Shown here in pieces: positions 1-11,400 of a DNA stretch of 64,000 nucleotides. Location: NCBI GenBank assembly GCA_965644315.1, contig CBFFRQ010000089.1:248001-312000 (forward strand), written 5' to 3'. Numbering within the stretch: position 1 is the stretch's first letter; each line of letters opens with the position of its first letter. Position numbers and translations under genes: made by a program. The stretch is from Caecitellus pseudoparvulus (taxonomy: Eukaryota > Protista > Bigyra: Bicosoecida). The notes beneath the pieces were generated by a model. The model was not told the origin of the DNA, did no database searches, and saw only the letters and a program-made list of their open reading frames with translations.

Positions 1-389
1 CTCCCGTCACGGTGCCTTGGTTGTGCTGTGTATTGGCCACGCCTCGCTAGGCCGGGGATCCCCAGTACAGGCCAGCCAGCTCTGCACACAAAGACGGCAC
101 CATGGACAGGGGAATCAGGGGACAATCCGACAGCTGCAGCCCGCGGCAGCATGCTCCATCGTTCCGTTCTAGGCTGCAACGGGCGTGTGAAAGAGAGCGG
201 GTTTGGCTGCTGAAAATATACTCCGTGCGCCACGCTGCTCAAACCAGGAATGTGGCAAAAGCAGCCAACCCAGTCATTCTTCAGTTGCAACGAGGGTTCA
301 ATTTCCAACTCCGGCTCCATGTTGGCGCTGCCCTGACTGGCCAGTTGTTTCAACTCGAGAGCTGTCGAGGACCAGCCGCACGAAGTGCC

Positions 390-1289
390 ATGGCTGCTGT
401 GAAGGAGAGCACCGGAGAGGCTGAGTCCCCTAACATCGCACCATATGTTGAAATCCTATCGCGACGCGCTCAGCACATCGAAGAGCACGGGTATGGTGCA
501 CCGGTGGCACTGGGAGAAGGGTCCAGTGTACAGGAAGCAATTTCCGCAGCAAATCCGACCGGCGATCTGCCTGCGCGAGTCCCCCCGCGCATCGTGTTGG
601 AGGGGGAAGACGGTGCAACCATGGCACTAAGTATGGGGGGGCATGCGTCCCCCGCTGACCCTGCTGTTTCTGCCAAGGCCGATGGCGGCGTAACCACCTC
701 GCACCCAGCGCCTGCTGACGTCGCTGCGTGCGTGCGCAGTGCCCTGACGACGCAGCAGCAGCGAGTCGCAGCGTACAGGGAGCTAGATGCTGCCTTGAGT
801 TGCTTCACATCCGACCCGACCCCGCAGCGCCACGGCCAGCTGCTAGCCGAGCTACAGCGGTTGACTCGCGAGTGCGCTGCGATCAGCAACGCAATGCGCC
901 GCATTGGCACAGCAGCGAGTGAATTGGAGGCTGGCGGCGAGGTCGCTGAGCTCGTAGCACAGCTGCAACAGAATGAAGGCGTGAAATGGCGGCTGACACT
1001 GAACGCGTTGTCGCTGCGTGTGCAGTTGGCTATGCTGGCTCGTGCGCCTGGTGCTGTGTCAGCAGATTGCGAGGCTGCGGAAGTTGAAGCAGACCTTCGC
1101 CAGCGCCTGGCAGAGGCGCGGTCCAGCTTGGCAGGCGTTGTGGAGGAGGTGGCGGATGTGATGGGCTACTTGTCCCTGGCGGGCGTGGAGGGCAGTGATG
1201 AGACGCGTCCCTCGGTGCCTGCTGCCTCCGCGCCAGGTAGGGCAGGGCCAGGCGAGGCTCCTACAGAAGCGAGCGCATCACCGGAATGA
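390..1289 (+). CDS. REX1-B (required for excision 1-B)-like coiled-coil protein with low-complexity N-terminal extension
   Basis: Lies within ORF 102..1289; best start is gccATGg at 390. The C-terminal half (QQQRVAAYRELDAAL...LTRECAAISNAMRRI...LVAQLQQNEGVKWRLT) follows the REX1-B pattern Q-x-R-V-x-x-Y...T-x-x-F-x-x-x-S...Q-x-x-E-x-x-K-L-x-L-T. Confidence 0.6.
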   Translation: MAAVKESTGEAESPNIAPYVEILSRRAQHIEEHGYGAPVALGEGSSVQEAISAANPTGDLPARVPPRIVLEGEDGATMALSMGGHASPADPAVSAKADGGVTTSHPAPADVAACVRSALTTQQQRVAAYRELDAALSCFTSDPTPQRHGQLLAELQRLTRECAAISNAMRRIGTAASELEAGGEVAELVAQLQQNEGVKWRLTLNALSLRVQLAMLARAPGAVSADCEAAEVEADLRQRLAEARSSLAGVVEEVADVMGYLSLAGVEGSDETRPSVPAASAPGRAGPGEAPTEASASPE

Positions 1290-1824
1290 AATTGCAGCTA
1301 AGAGCACCCGTCTTGATGCAAATTTCCAACTCTGCTCTCAACAGAGCATGCCTCGGAGCGGGAAAGGCATGGAAACTGAAATGTCCTGCGTTTCACCACG
1401 CGCACACAAACTCTGGCGCATTCCCCGAGCAGGAAAATTAGTCACCCTGAGCTTTTTCCTATCCCGAAGCTAAAAGTAAGCCCACCAGTGCTCTACTGTT
1501 GCTGGAAGTGTGCGTCGACAAGTGTGCCGCCAGGCACTTGGGCACATCTCCGCACCACTTTCGTCAACAACCCCTGATCTGTGAGCCCCACGGATCCCCC
1601 CTTCAGTGCGTGCAGCGGTGAGGCAATGAAGGTGCAAGATCCAAACATTGTCCTCCGCCCGGCCATGCCACAAGCGGCGCGGACTGTGACGCGTTGGTGC
1701 CCCTTTGCGAGTTGGCGTGGTGGTGAGCGGGGGTTTGGCGAAGCACTTCGTTTCCCTTTGCCCTACTCCCAGGACTGACAGGGCGACTGCAAGGAACCCT
1801 CCACACCAAGTCCCCATCTACATC

Positions 1825-4800
1825 ATGGATGCCATGGCTGATGATCTCGTGGCCATCGCCTCGTCTGAGCTGGTGCAGGCGCTGGCGCGTTCAGACGTCG
1901 TGGCAGTCAGAGAAGCACTGGCAACGCCCGGCGTGAAGCCCAACTTGGACATGGAGCCGTACGGCGGGCAAGGCACGCCCCTCAGCTGGGTCATTGGCTT
2001 CGGGGACTTGCCCTGCGCCCTGGCCCTGATCGAGGCGGGCGCGCTGGTTGAGCTGAAGGGCAAGGTCAGCCAGCACGTGCGGCGTTTGAGTGACGAGGGG
2101 CACACTGCCATCCTAGAGGCATTCCTGGAGGCAGGCGTATCAGGAGAGGGCAGGGCCAAGTCTGAGTCAGAGCCCCTGTGCATGGACTGGGCGCCCATTC
2201 TCTCAGCCAGCGTCAGGCGGCACCCTGACTGCCTTGCGTTGCTGGTGAAAGCGGGGGTGAACCTGGACGTGTACTACTCCAAGGGTGCCCAGAGAGGCAA
2301 GCAGACGGGCAGGTCTGCCCTGTGGTACGCCCTCCGAGACGGAAACCCAGCCACCACCAGTCTCTTGCTGTCTGCAGGTGCCAAGTGCACCTTCCAGCCA
2401 AGTGCTGGAAACCCTGTGACTCTGCTGCTGCTGAGCCGCGCACCATCAACACAGGCCACCCTCGCCGCCCTGGCTGCTCACACTTCACGGGAGGATTTTC
2501 TCCGCATGCTAAACACACAGGAGGCGCTGCTGACCCCCCCGCCTGTGCAGAGCCCACCGCTAGCGCCACACTGGGCCTTGTTGCGGCAGGCGGTGCGGGG
2601 CGAGCTGCCACCCGCGCTCGCGTGGAAGTATATTCGACACGGGCGGCACGGCCACCCCCCGCCGGACTCCAAGCGCCATAAGGACATGGCTGCCATGGTG
2701 CGGCACACCAGGGACATGATGGACTTCGCAGGGTTGCGCGTGGACTCGGCCGAAGCCTGCCGCACACTCTCGGAAGTTGCATATATTGACGACACAGACG
2801 GCCTGGCCCAGGCCCTCATCGACATCGGCGTGGACCCCGTTCAGGCGCAGCCCCTGCAAGACTTATCCCTGGTTGGAGCGGTGCCACACAAGCCCCCCTT
2901 GCATTTTGCGGCAGCTGAGAACAACTTGCCGCTCATGCAAACACTGCGGGCTGCTGGCGTTCCGCTAGACTTGGTGGGCCCTCAAGGCGAGACGGCGCTG
3001 TGGTGGGCTGCGAGGCATGGCGGTATGGAGTGTTTGGAGTACTTGTTGTCGTGCCTGGGGCGCGACCTCAGCTACGTCAACGCGGTGACTCACGATGGTG
3101 TCTCTGCCCTCATGGCTGCATCAACGATGGGGGAGACAGCCTGCGTGCAGCAGCTGCTGAAGCACGGCGCTGATCCGCACATTGGAAACAAAGCTGGAGA
3201 TGTCCCTCTTGTAGTGGCTGCTCGGAACAACCACGTGGGGGTCCTGGAGGCGTTGCTGGAGGGCGGGGCCAGCGTCAGGGCTGTTGATCGTCGTGGCAGG
3301 TGCGCATTGCTCAACCTTGCGCCTCATGGAATGGTGTCTGGCGTCGCACTTCTTCTGAACCATGGAGCTGATCCCAATGCCACAGAGCGGGACGGTGAGA
3401 CGGCGCTCATGCGTCTGCACAGAGGTGACGTGTTGGGCACGGCCAAGCTGTTGCTCGCTGCGGGAGCAGATGCAACTGCTCGGAATCGAGATGGGGAAAA
3501 CGCTCTCATGCTGTGCACTGTGCGGGGCAGCCTCAACGTCAGCACGCTCGCTTTGATTGGCGTGCTGTTGGATGCAGGCTGCAAGCTCACAGACACGAGC
3601 GCAACCGGCAGGACAGTGTTTGACTGCCTCCGGGCCGGCGACGAGGACGTCGCAGCGGCGCTGCTGCAGGCAGACTCAGCAAGGTGCCAGCACCGAAAGT
3701 ATCCTCTAGACTTTATTCGCCACATTGCAATGTTGTTGGAACTTGGTGAAGAACGCTCACGAACGTTTATTGAGACATGGGCAGACTCGGAGGGGCATGC
3801 CGTGTGCCGTACCTGCCCCCCACTCATTTGGAGCGAGTACGCTTTGCTTCAGCTTGCCATCATGCCCCTCCCAAGGGTAGACTCCTTGCTGTCTGATTCT
3901 GGGAGTGCTGTGTACGCGTTCCCGAACGCACGGCTGGGGAACTGCAACACACTGGCCATGCACTTCATTGAAACGCACGTGCAGGGGTCATCCAATCGCC
4001 CGGTACGAAAGGTTCTGAATCGCGCTTGGGGTGGCCCGGTGGACTTCTCCGCCACAGATGCCAGCGGCTCCACAATGCTGGAGCGAGCACGGACATGGCC
4101 AGTGTGGGCTTTGGCCCCAAGCGAGGAGGCCTCCATTCCTGCGTATGTGTGCTTGGAAGCGTTGGCCAAGTGCCCACCACCACCCCCCGACGCCAACGGC
4201 AATACCCTCATGTCAGCCCTCTTGCGGTCCAAGACAAGCCGGGAGGATTTGGAGCAGCTGGTGGGGAGCTTCGAGTCCCATGGCGTTGAGCTGGACACCT
4301 CTGACACACATCGCGTGGGCCCCACCCCGCTGGGGCAAGCAGCCACTCTCGGGGACTTGGATTGGATGATACGGCTGTTGCGGGCGGGTGTGAGCGTGAA
4401 CCAGACCTTTGGACCAGGTGTGCAGAGCCCCTTGCTGGCTGCTGGCAACGAAGGGAAGATGGAGGCGTTCCTGAGGGCGTTGCAGCGTACAGGGCGCACC
4501 GGGGAGTTGGATTTCACCGCCATACTCCACCACCGCAAGATCCACGCGCCTGTACTCGTCCATGCCGCACGACGCTGGAATGCTGAATGGTTTGATGCGT
4601 TACTTGAGGCAGCGCCACGGCACGCGCTGGACCTGCCCTGCTCACGAGGGTACCCGCCGACATGGCATGCCTGCCGCGCCGCAAGGCACCAGCGACCACT
4701 GGTCTCTTTGCTAGCAGCTGGCGCGAGCCTGCCCCCTGCGTTGCGCTGGAAAGCCCAGCCACTGTTCAAGTGTGGGGCCTGGCGCGGCCGTCAGTCCCGT

Positions 4801-5343
4801 GCTGTTGTCACACTCGTGTCAGGCGGTGTGATCGAGGACCATGCTTGCTTGTCTGATCTTGGCATGGAGCAATGGCGGGATTTGGTCTTTTCCACCCTTG
4901 CCCGGCACGAAGTCAATGTGGCTGCACATGCCCGGGGACTGGGTGTGCCGGGACTGCCAGCTTGTGACGGCCCTCTCCCGCGGGCAGGTGAGAAAGAGGC
5001 ACGGCTGCGGTTGGCGTCGCCCGCAGCACTGTGCCAGCCGTGGGACTCGATGAGGGTGTGGGGTGAGGTGCAAGAGGACGATGCCGAGCCGGAGGTTCTC
5101 CGCCGAACCTTCTTCCAGCGCCTGCCGAACATGCACGCCGCACAGCTGCTGCACGAGCTGGGGGCAGATGCGTTCGCCGGCCCGTACCAGGCAAGTGCAG
5201 CATGCCGCAACGCTCTCGCGCTCATGCTGTACCGCAATCATTCGGAGAGTGTGGTGCCGGCGAGAGTCCGTAATCTTGCGCGAAAAATCGAGAAAGGCGC
5301 ACGGTGGAAGGCTGTGCTGCTGCGACAGGTTGTGCGAAAGTAG
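1825..5343 (+). CDS. Large ankyrin-repeat protein (~1,170 aa), intronless
   Basis: Many ankyrin consensus units: GTPLSW, GRSALWYA, PPLHFAA, GETALWWAARHG, GVSALMAA, GDVPLVVAARNNH, GETALM, GENALM, GPTPLGQAA. The ORF-track start at 1705 is TTG; the first good ATG is at 1825. Confidence 0.9.
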   Translation: MDAMADDLVAIASSELVQALARSDVVAVREALATPGVKPNLDMEPYGGQGTPLSWVIGFGDLPCALALIEAGALVELKGKVSQHVRRLSDEGHTAILEAFLEAGVSGEGRAKSESEPLCMDWAPILSASVRRHPDCLALLVKAGVNLDVYYSKGAQRGKQTGRSALWYALRDGNPATTSLLLSAGAKCTFQPSAGNPVTLLLLSRAPSTQATLAALAAHTSREDFLRMLNTQEALLTPPPVQSPPLAPHWALLRQAVRGELPPALAWKYIRHGRHGHPPPDSKRHKDMAAMVRHTRDMMDFAGLRVDSAEACRTLSEVAYIDDTDGLAQALIDIGVDPVQAQPLQDLSLVGAVPHKPPLHFAAAENNLPLMQTLRAAGVPLDLVGPQGETALWWAARHGGMECLEYLLSCLGRDLSYVNAVTHDGVSALMAASTMGETACVQQLLKHGADPHIGNKAGDVPLVVAARNNHVGVLEALLEGGASVRAVDRRGRCALLNLAPHGMVSGVALLLNHGADPNATERDGETALMRLHRGDVLGTAKLLLAAGADATARNRDGENALMLCTVRGSLNVSTLALIGVLLDAGCKLTDTSATGRTVFDCLRAGDEDVAAALLQADSARCQHRKYPLDFIRHIAMLLELGEERSRTFIETWADSEGHAVCRTCPPLIWSEYALLQLAIMPLPRVDSLLSDSGSAVYAFPNARLGNCNTLAMHFIETHVQGSSNRPVRKVLNRAWGGPVDFSATDASGSTMLERARTWPVWALAPSEEASIPAYVCLEALAKCPPPPPDANGNTLMSALLRSKTSREDLEQLVGSFESHGVELDTSDTHRVGPTPLGQAATLGDLDWMIRLLRAGVSVNQTFGPGVQSPLLAAGNEGKMEAFLRALQRTGRTGELDFTAILHHRKIHAPVLVHAARRWNAEWFDALLEAAPRHALDLPCSRGYPPTWHACRAARHQRPLVSLLAAGASLPPALRWKAQPLFKCGAWRGRQSRAVVTLVSGGVIEDHACLSDLGMEQWRDLVFSTLARHEVNVAAHARGLGVPGLPACDGPLPRAGEKEARLRLASPAALCQPWDSMRVWGEVQEDDAEPEVLRRTFFQRLPNMHAAQLLHELGADAFAGPYQASAACRNALALMLYRNHSESVVPARVRNLARKIEKGARWKAVLLRQVVRK

Positions 5344-5446
5344 CAGGAGGGAATGCTGAGGTGCCTTTTGCTCCACAGGACGCAGTGACTGGTATGAGTA
5401 ATGGAATGAATTATCGCAATTCACCGGTTGCCGAATTGTTCACGTA

Positions 5447-8400
5447 TTATTCAGAGTCTGACGTGTCGGATACCGAGCCGCCAGCCATGTCCATCACAAG
5501 TGTGTCACCAACTTCAAACCAGCGGTGCTCTGTCGTAATATTACTGTCTGGCTCGGATGCCTGTGCTTGGGATGCGAACTGCTCCCAAGCGAAACTCCTA
5601 AGGTGCATCTCCGCCTCTTGCGTCGTGTCAGAGTCCTCGTCTGAGGCCAAGTCGGGTGCCATGGCTCCGCTTCCTGCGGCAAGGGTGCCCGAGACTGCTG
5701 GCTTGGAAACGCGCACGATGCGACGCACAGCGTAGGAGCGCGAGGTGAAACCAGCCTCATCCTGCAGAGTCTGTGCTTCTGTGCCCCCGCTTGCTGAGGT
5801 TGGCTGCGGTTTATGTGGCGACACCTGCAGCTGCGCAAGCTGGGCCATGCGCCTCGTGCTCTCCATCGAGAAGTCTTGCCCAGAGCTCCCTGCGAACCCG
5901 AAATCCTGATCAGTTTCAAGGCGTTCATCCCCTCGGCCTTCTTCCATGTGCTGCACCCAACTTCCACCATAGCTTCGAATGAGAGGAGCCTCTTGCGCAG
6001 CAGGTGCAGGGCTGCCAGCTGTTGCGTCATGCTTCTGTGCGGATACCCACTTGCCCTGCGGCCCCAGCTGGATCGTCGTCGAATCGCCTTCGCGGGCTAC
6101 AACTCGCTTCATATGCACAGCTGCTACTTTGGGGGGCCGTTCACTGGAATTGACATGCTTCGGCGCTCCTAGGTGCACGATTGCCGTGGTGGAGCGGTCT
6201 GCCCGGTCCGCCTGTTTGCCACGCACGAGATGAGCGGCGTCGGCAGTGGTTGAAACAGCTGGCGCACGGGGGAGGTCGTGCCCATGGAATTCTTCAGCGC
6301 CTGTGCTGGAACGCATGGTCCAACTGGATGTGACGTGGCTGGAGCCGGGCCCGGCCGTGGCGGCAGGCGGCCCACCCATCTGCACTGCGTGGCTTGCCAG
6401 TTGCACCGTGCCAGCCTCAGATTGCGATCCAGCAGCACCCGGCGCCGATTGCTGCCCAACACGAACCCAAGCACCTCCTCCCTCGGGGACAGACTTCCAA
6501 GCGCCCCCAGCTTGGCGCATTGCGATGCCTGCCGCCGGTGTTTGCGAGGCGCTGGTGGGATCCCACGTGTGCACCGCAGTGGACACTCCGACTTCCAGCG
6601 GCACGTCGGTCCCACTGGGTACGCGGAGTGCATCCACATCGCTGCTGGCCACGCTTGGCACGCCATCTGCCGCCTCGCTGCCCTGCGGCCCGCCTGCTGT
6701 AGACGCCCGCATGGCGTCGGTCACCATGCTCGCAACCAGGTCTGCCTCATCTCCGTCACTGCTGGAGTCACTGCTCAGCTCAGCAGAGGTGTCTGCGCTC
6801 GGCATGCGGGAGGGAGCAAAGTCAAACGCGTCGATTTCCACTCGCGTGCCCGATCCCTGCTCTGTAAGGTGCCTTTCGTCTTCGAGGCTGCCCACCGTGA
6901 GGGTCCGCGAGTCTGATGCTTGCCCATCAGAGCGCTGCTTGGCCAAGATGTCTTGCACTTGGTGGGTCAAGTGGGAACGCGCTAGTGTGGCAGCCGTGGC
7001 TTGGTGCACGGCAGTAAGGCTATCATACGCCCCGTTCTGGTCAACTCCTTCCCCCACTGCTTCTTCCCACTGCCTGAAGAGCGGGATTCGAGCGTATGCC
7101 GCGCGGTCGCGGGCAAACACCACTGCGGTGATCCCACCCACACAGGCAAGCCAGAGCAGCGCAGTGGCGATGATGCCAGGCTCACCAGCAGCGTGCATGT
7201 CTGCCGTTTCAGCCAGGGCAAAGGCGTCAGCATCCACGGCGACTTCGTCTTGTGAGAAGTTTAGGTCTGAAGGGGAGTCCGAGGCGAAATTTACCACCAC
7301 CGGCGGCGCGACACTCCAAGCAACAAGCAGCAGCCAGGCGGTTGCGGCGGCCACGCCGTACACCCATGGTGTCACAGCAGCCAGGCGGCGCATCACGAAC
7401 GTTTGCTGACTGCGTAGGGCTGTCCAAGTGGCAAAAGCGGTCAGTGCTAAGGCAGCGACGAGAAGCGCAGCAAGGGTGTTGCTGCGCCCAAGGACCACCC
7501 CTGCCCACGCCACCGCGAATTTGACGGCTAACAATGCAATCAAGAACGCGAAGCGTGGGTGGGCTTCGAATCGGTGCTTCCAACGCTGCACGGATGCTAG
7601 CAGGTGCTCAGAGGTCAGCCGTTTGGGGTGAAACTCGGAGAACCTGGCGTCTGCTGACACGGGGAGGTCCTTCGCGGCTTTGGAGAACTTGATCACGCGG
7701 CGAGAGAGAATGAAGGCCAGTACACCAACGAGATCAGCGGGGCGCTCCAGCGTCTGATCGTGATGCATACGCCATGGGAACCAGACAAGGATTAGGTTGA
7801 CCAAGAGCAGGAGCAGGAAGCCAGACGCTACAGCAAGGATAATGTGCAGGTTGCCCCAGCAAGGCGTCTGAGCGCACCCTCCTCCGGCAGTTTCGGAGAA
7901 CCCCCCGAAGGGGAAGCCGCAGGTGAAGGGCTGTAGGAGGATGACCAGGGTGGGCACGAGCAGCACTGTGCCCAGCAAGTACAGCAGCACAGGTGCCACT
8001 CCAGAGTACCACGTGGTGTGGTATGCAACATGGTGCTCCTGCTGTGCGGTAAGCGCTGCATCTCCATTCTCCAGGAACACCACTTGCTGAGTGAGCAGGG
8101 TCGGCTTTTGAGGTAGCACCTGTGTCGAAGCGGAGCTCGCATCGCTGGCAGTGGGGCTAGGAGGCCGTATGGACGACAGCTGGGTCGCTTCCCGCCCTTC
8201 GCTTGCGTCAGTGTCGATGGAGCTTAGCACACGGGAGGCTCCGAAGGGGGACTGCTCCTTCCCTTTGGATGCGGGTGAGGTGCCGCTCGCACGTCGAGGC
8301 GACAGCGGGGCCAACTTGACGCCTCGCTTGCTCTGAGAGGGCTCTGGCAGTTTCAGCGCTAACGCCGACGCCTTTGGCTGCGACAGCTCACCCGGTTCGG

Positions 8401-11400
8401 GCCCAACGTCTTTGAGCTTTCGTTTGGCGGTCGGCGGTCGCAAGGGCTCAGGGGCAGGCAGGGGCGCATGCTTCATTGGTTGGGGTGCACCACCCGCTTT
8501 TTGCACGCGCACGTTCCTTGCCAGCTTTCGGATGGAGTCTCGCCTCCACTGGTAGTGCAGGGGCATCATGATGGTGAGTCCAACGATGATGAGCGCCACG
8601 ACGACGTACAGAAACGAATACGTGGGCACGTGCTTGACTGCAGTCAAGGAGAGGAGGCGGGCAGCAAACTTGGCGGGTATGTACGGCAACCAGGGCACCT
8701 GCTCCATGAACAGTGGAGCAACAGACATGAGGCCGTCCGTGGCGAGGAGTGCGACGATGAGAACGTGGCGCCAGTTGGCCCACAACTGGGGCGGCAGGTA
8801 GCTGGCTGTAGCTGCCCTGGGCAACACGTGCGACACAGGCACTGTGGTCAAGTTCACCCCACCAAAGGGCTGCTGTGGGTCTGGTTGTGTTTCAAGTGGC
8901 GCCACTGCCACAATTGCCGACGGGTCTCCACTTGGTGTCGTGGAGGAGCATGGCGTGACGGCAGAAACGGCACGTTCGTCATCGCCCGTATCATCTGAAT
9001 GGTCGGCTGGCAAAACGTCTGGGGGACACAAAGCCTCAAGCACCTGCTGCAAGCGATCCGGTAGCGCGTGGTTCGTGTACACAATGAACATGGTCAGAGA
9101 CCGTTTTGCAACCTCGGCGAGGGGCGGCGCGACCCACTGCACCTCTCCAAGGCGGTCGTTCCACCCATACTTCCAGCCCCATAGCACTGTGAAAATGGCC
9201 ACCAACAGAACAAGAGCAGCACACGATGCAGTGGCGGTCCACTGGGCACTGCCCTGCGACAAAGGCAGTGAGGAAGAGATGCGGAATCCGGTCCCGGATG
9301 CGTCACAGGCTTCGAGCGGCACTGCAGAGCGGGGCTCTTGCAGGCACTCTTGAAGTGAGCAAGGTACAGTCTCTTGGAGCCTTGACGGGCACTGCTGTCC
9401 GCCATACGCATCAGGGAACAAAATCGTGCGGTTACGGGTCATGTTTCCAGTCAGGGAGCCAGATGCTGGGTCCCGCACCGCTGTGTAGTTCGTCCACGGT
9501 GTGACGGCGCAATCGCTGAGGCACTTTGCAGTCGCACACAGCTCTGGAGATTGAGCGCATGTCTCTCCGCGGCAGAAGGGGTCTTGGTCTCGACTGTCGA
9601 AACCTGGGGTGCACTGGCACTGGCCGCCGAGCGGGCGTCCCCAAAACGCTGCCCCAAAGCCTGCACACACTCCGTTTCCATGGCACATGTCCGCACGGGA
9701 AGACGCTGGGTCGCAAAAGCAGCACGACCCACCCATCCAACCAGCCTTACAAGCGCACTTGCTCTGTGCATCGTACCCTGTCCCATCTGCCACGGGCACT
9801 CCCTGCACAGGCACAAATGTGCCACCCCCGAGGGCCAGGTTCTGCACTGTCTGGTTGCTGGGCAAGCACGCACCGTTGCCGGAGCATGTGAGAGTGGCAT
9901 CGCATGAAATCGTCACTTTCAGCGGCCCATCACGTTGCAGCACTGTGGGCGGTACGCCACCCGCTGTGGCTGGCGCGCTGGACCAACCGAGCACAGCCAG
10001 GTGTTCAATGACCGTGCCGACACCTGTCAAGGCTGGAGCAGCAAACTCGACAGAGAAGGCGGCTTGCTCACCTGATTGGATGGTCGGCACCCGCAGAAAG
10101 GCGACATCGAAGACTGGAGCTGCCGTCGCCTGCAGGGTTCGCCGGCCAACAGACCCGGCAGTGGTGCCCAAAGCTCGCACCTTTGAGCGGATCGGCTCCA
10201 GGTTGCCGAGAGCGGCGACAACTGCATCTTCGGAAATGCTGCCCAGCAATTGAACGGTGCCATTGACGCTTGCTGGAAGGCGCACAAATGGCTGAGGGCG
10301 TGCCTCAGTCTGTGAATGCACCACAATCACGCCTGCCACAACTTCCCTGGCAGGCACGGACAGGCGCAGGTCCTCAGCTGTCACTGTCAGGTTGACTTGG
10401 TACGGCTCCTCGGTTGACACTGCAGGCGTGCTGATGCTCTGCTGCAGCTGCAGCTGCAGCAGGGGCGGTACGATGATGGACGGGGTCGGCGAGGCTGGGG
10501 CGCTGCTGTTGCTGTCCTCCCCGCCGACAGTGACTGTCGCTGACAGCTCTGCAGAGCCGCGACGAGTGGTTCTTCCAGTAGGGAATGCCTGTACGGAGAA
10601 CAGAAGGCTCTCAGTTTGGTTGTTGTCGCGATCCAAGTTTTTCAATGCGCACGTGCGGAATGCAATCCACGACCCATCAGCACTGACAACCGGCTCTTCG
10701 GCGAAGGGGGTTCCTGAGGTCCCTGTTGTGCAGCCAGATAGAGGTACAAGCCCTGGGGTTGCAATGGCTGACACGGTCGCGTTGACGGGAAAGAAGAGCG
10801 AGCCATCTTCTGACGCGGAAATGTTGATGAGGACTCCGGGGACAATCCCCTCTGGAACGATGCTTGGAAGGCTGATCGTGAGTTGCTGCCCAATGGCAGC
10901 AACAGCGGTTCCGTTCCTAACAGTCGCCAGGCCTGTCGTGTCAATAGCTGGGCTGGGCACTGCCAGGTCAGGGATGCGGATTGCCGGCACGTTGCCGTTG
11001 CCCAGCACCGTGTCCCACGTCCCGTCGGCGCCGACGTCACGGCTTCTGAAGCGCGCAGCGCTCTCAGAGGTAGGGTGAGACACCCATTGCACCTGAAGCT
11101 GTGGCTGGTACGCTTCGCTCGCATTCACACTGTCTGAAAGCCGAACAGTCCAGGTGACATTCACAATCTGGCCTGGTGATACAGTCGCAATGCTGGCCAC
11201 TTGGCCAGGTTGCAGCCCTTCTGCAGCCAACGGGTTCAGTGTGTACGCTGTTCCCAGTGGACCTTCGTCAGTGATGGTGATGTTGTAAGCTGCGGATGCA
11301 TCTGTCGCGTTTGGATCTATCTGCAGGCTGAGGGTGAAGGTGATCACGTCCCCTGCGTCAGGCCCTGTCGGGCCCCGCACAGATAGCTGCCCTGGCACGA

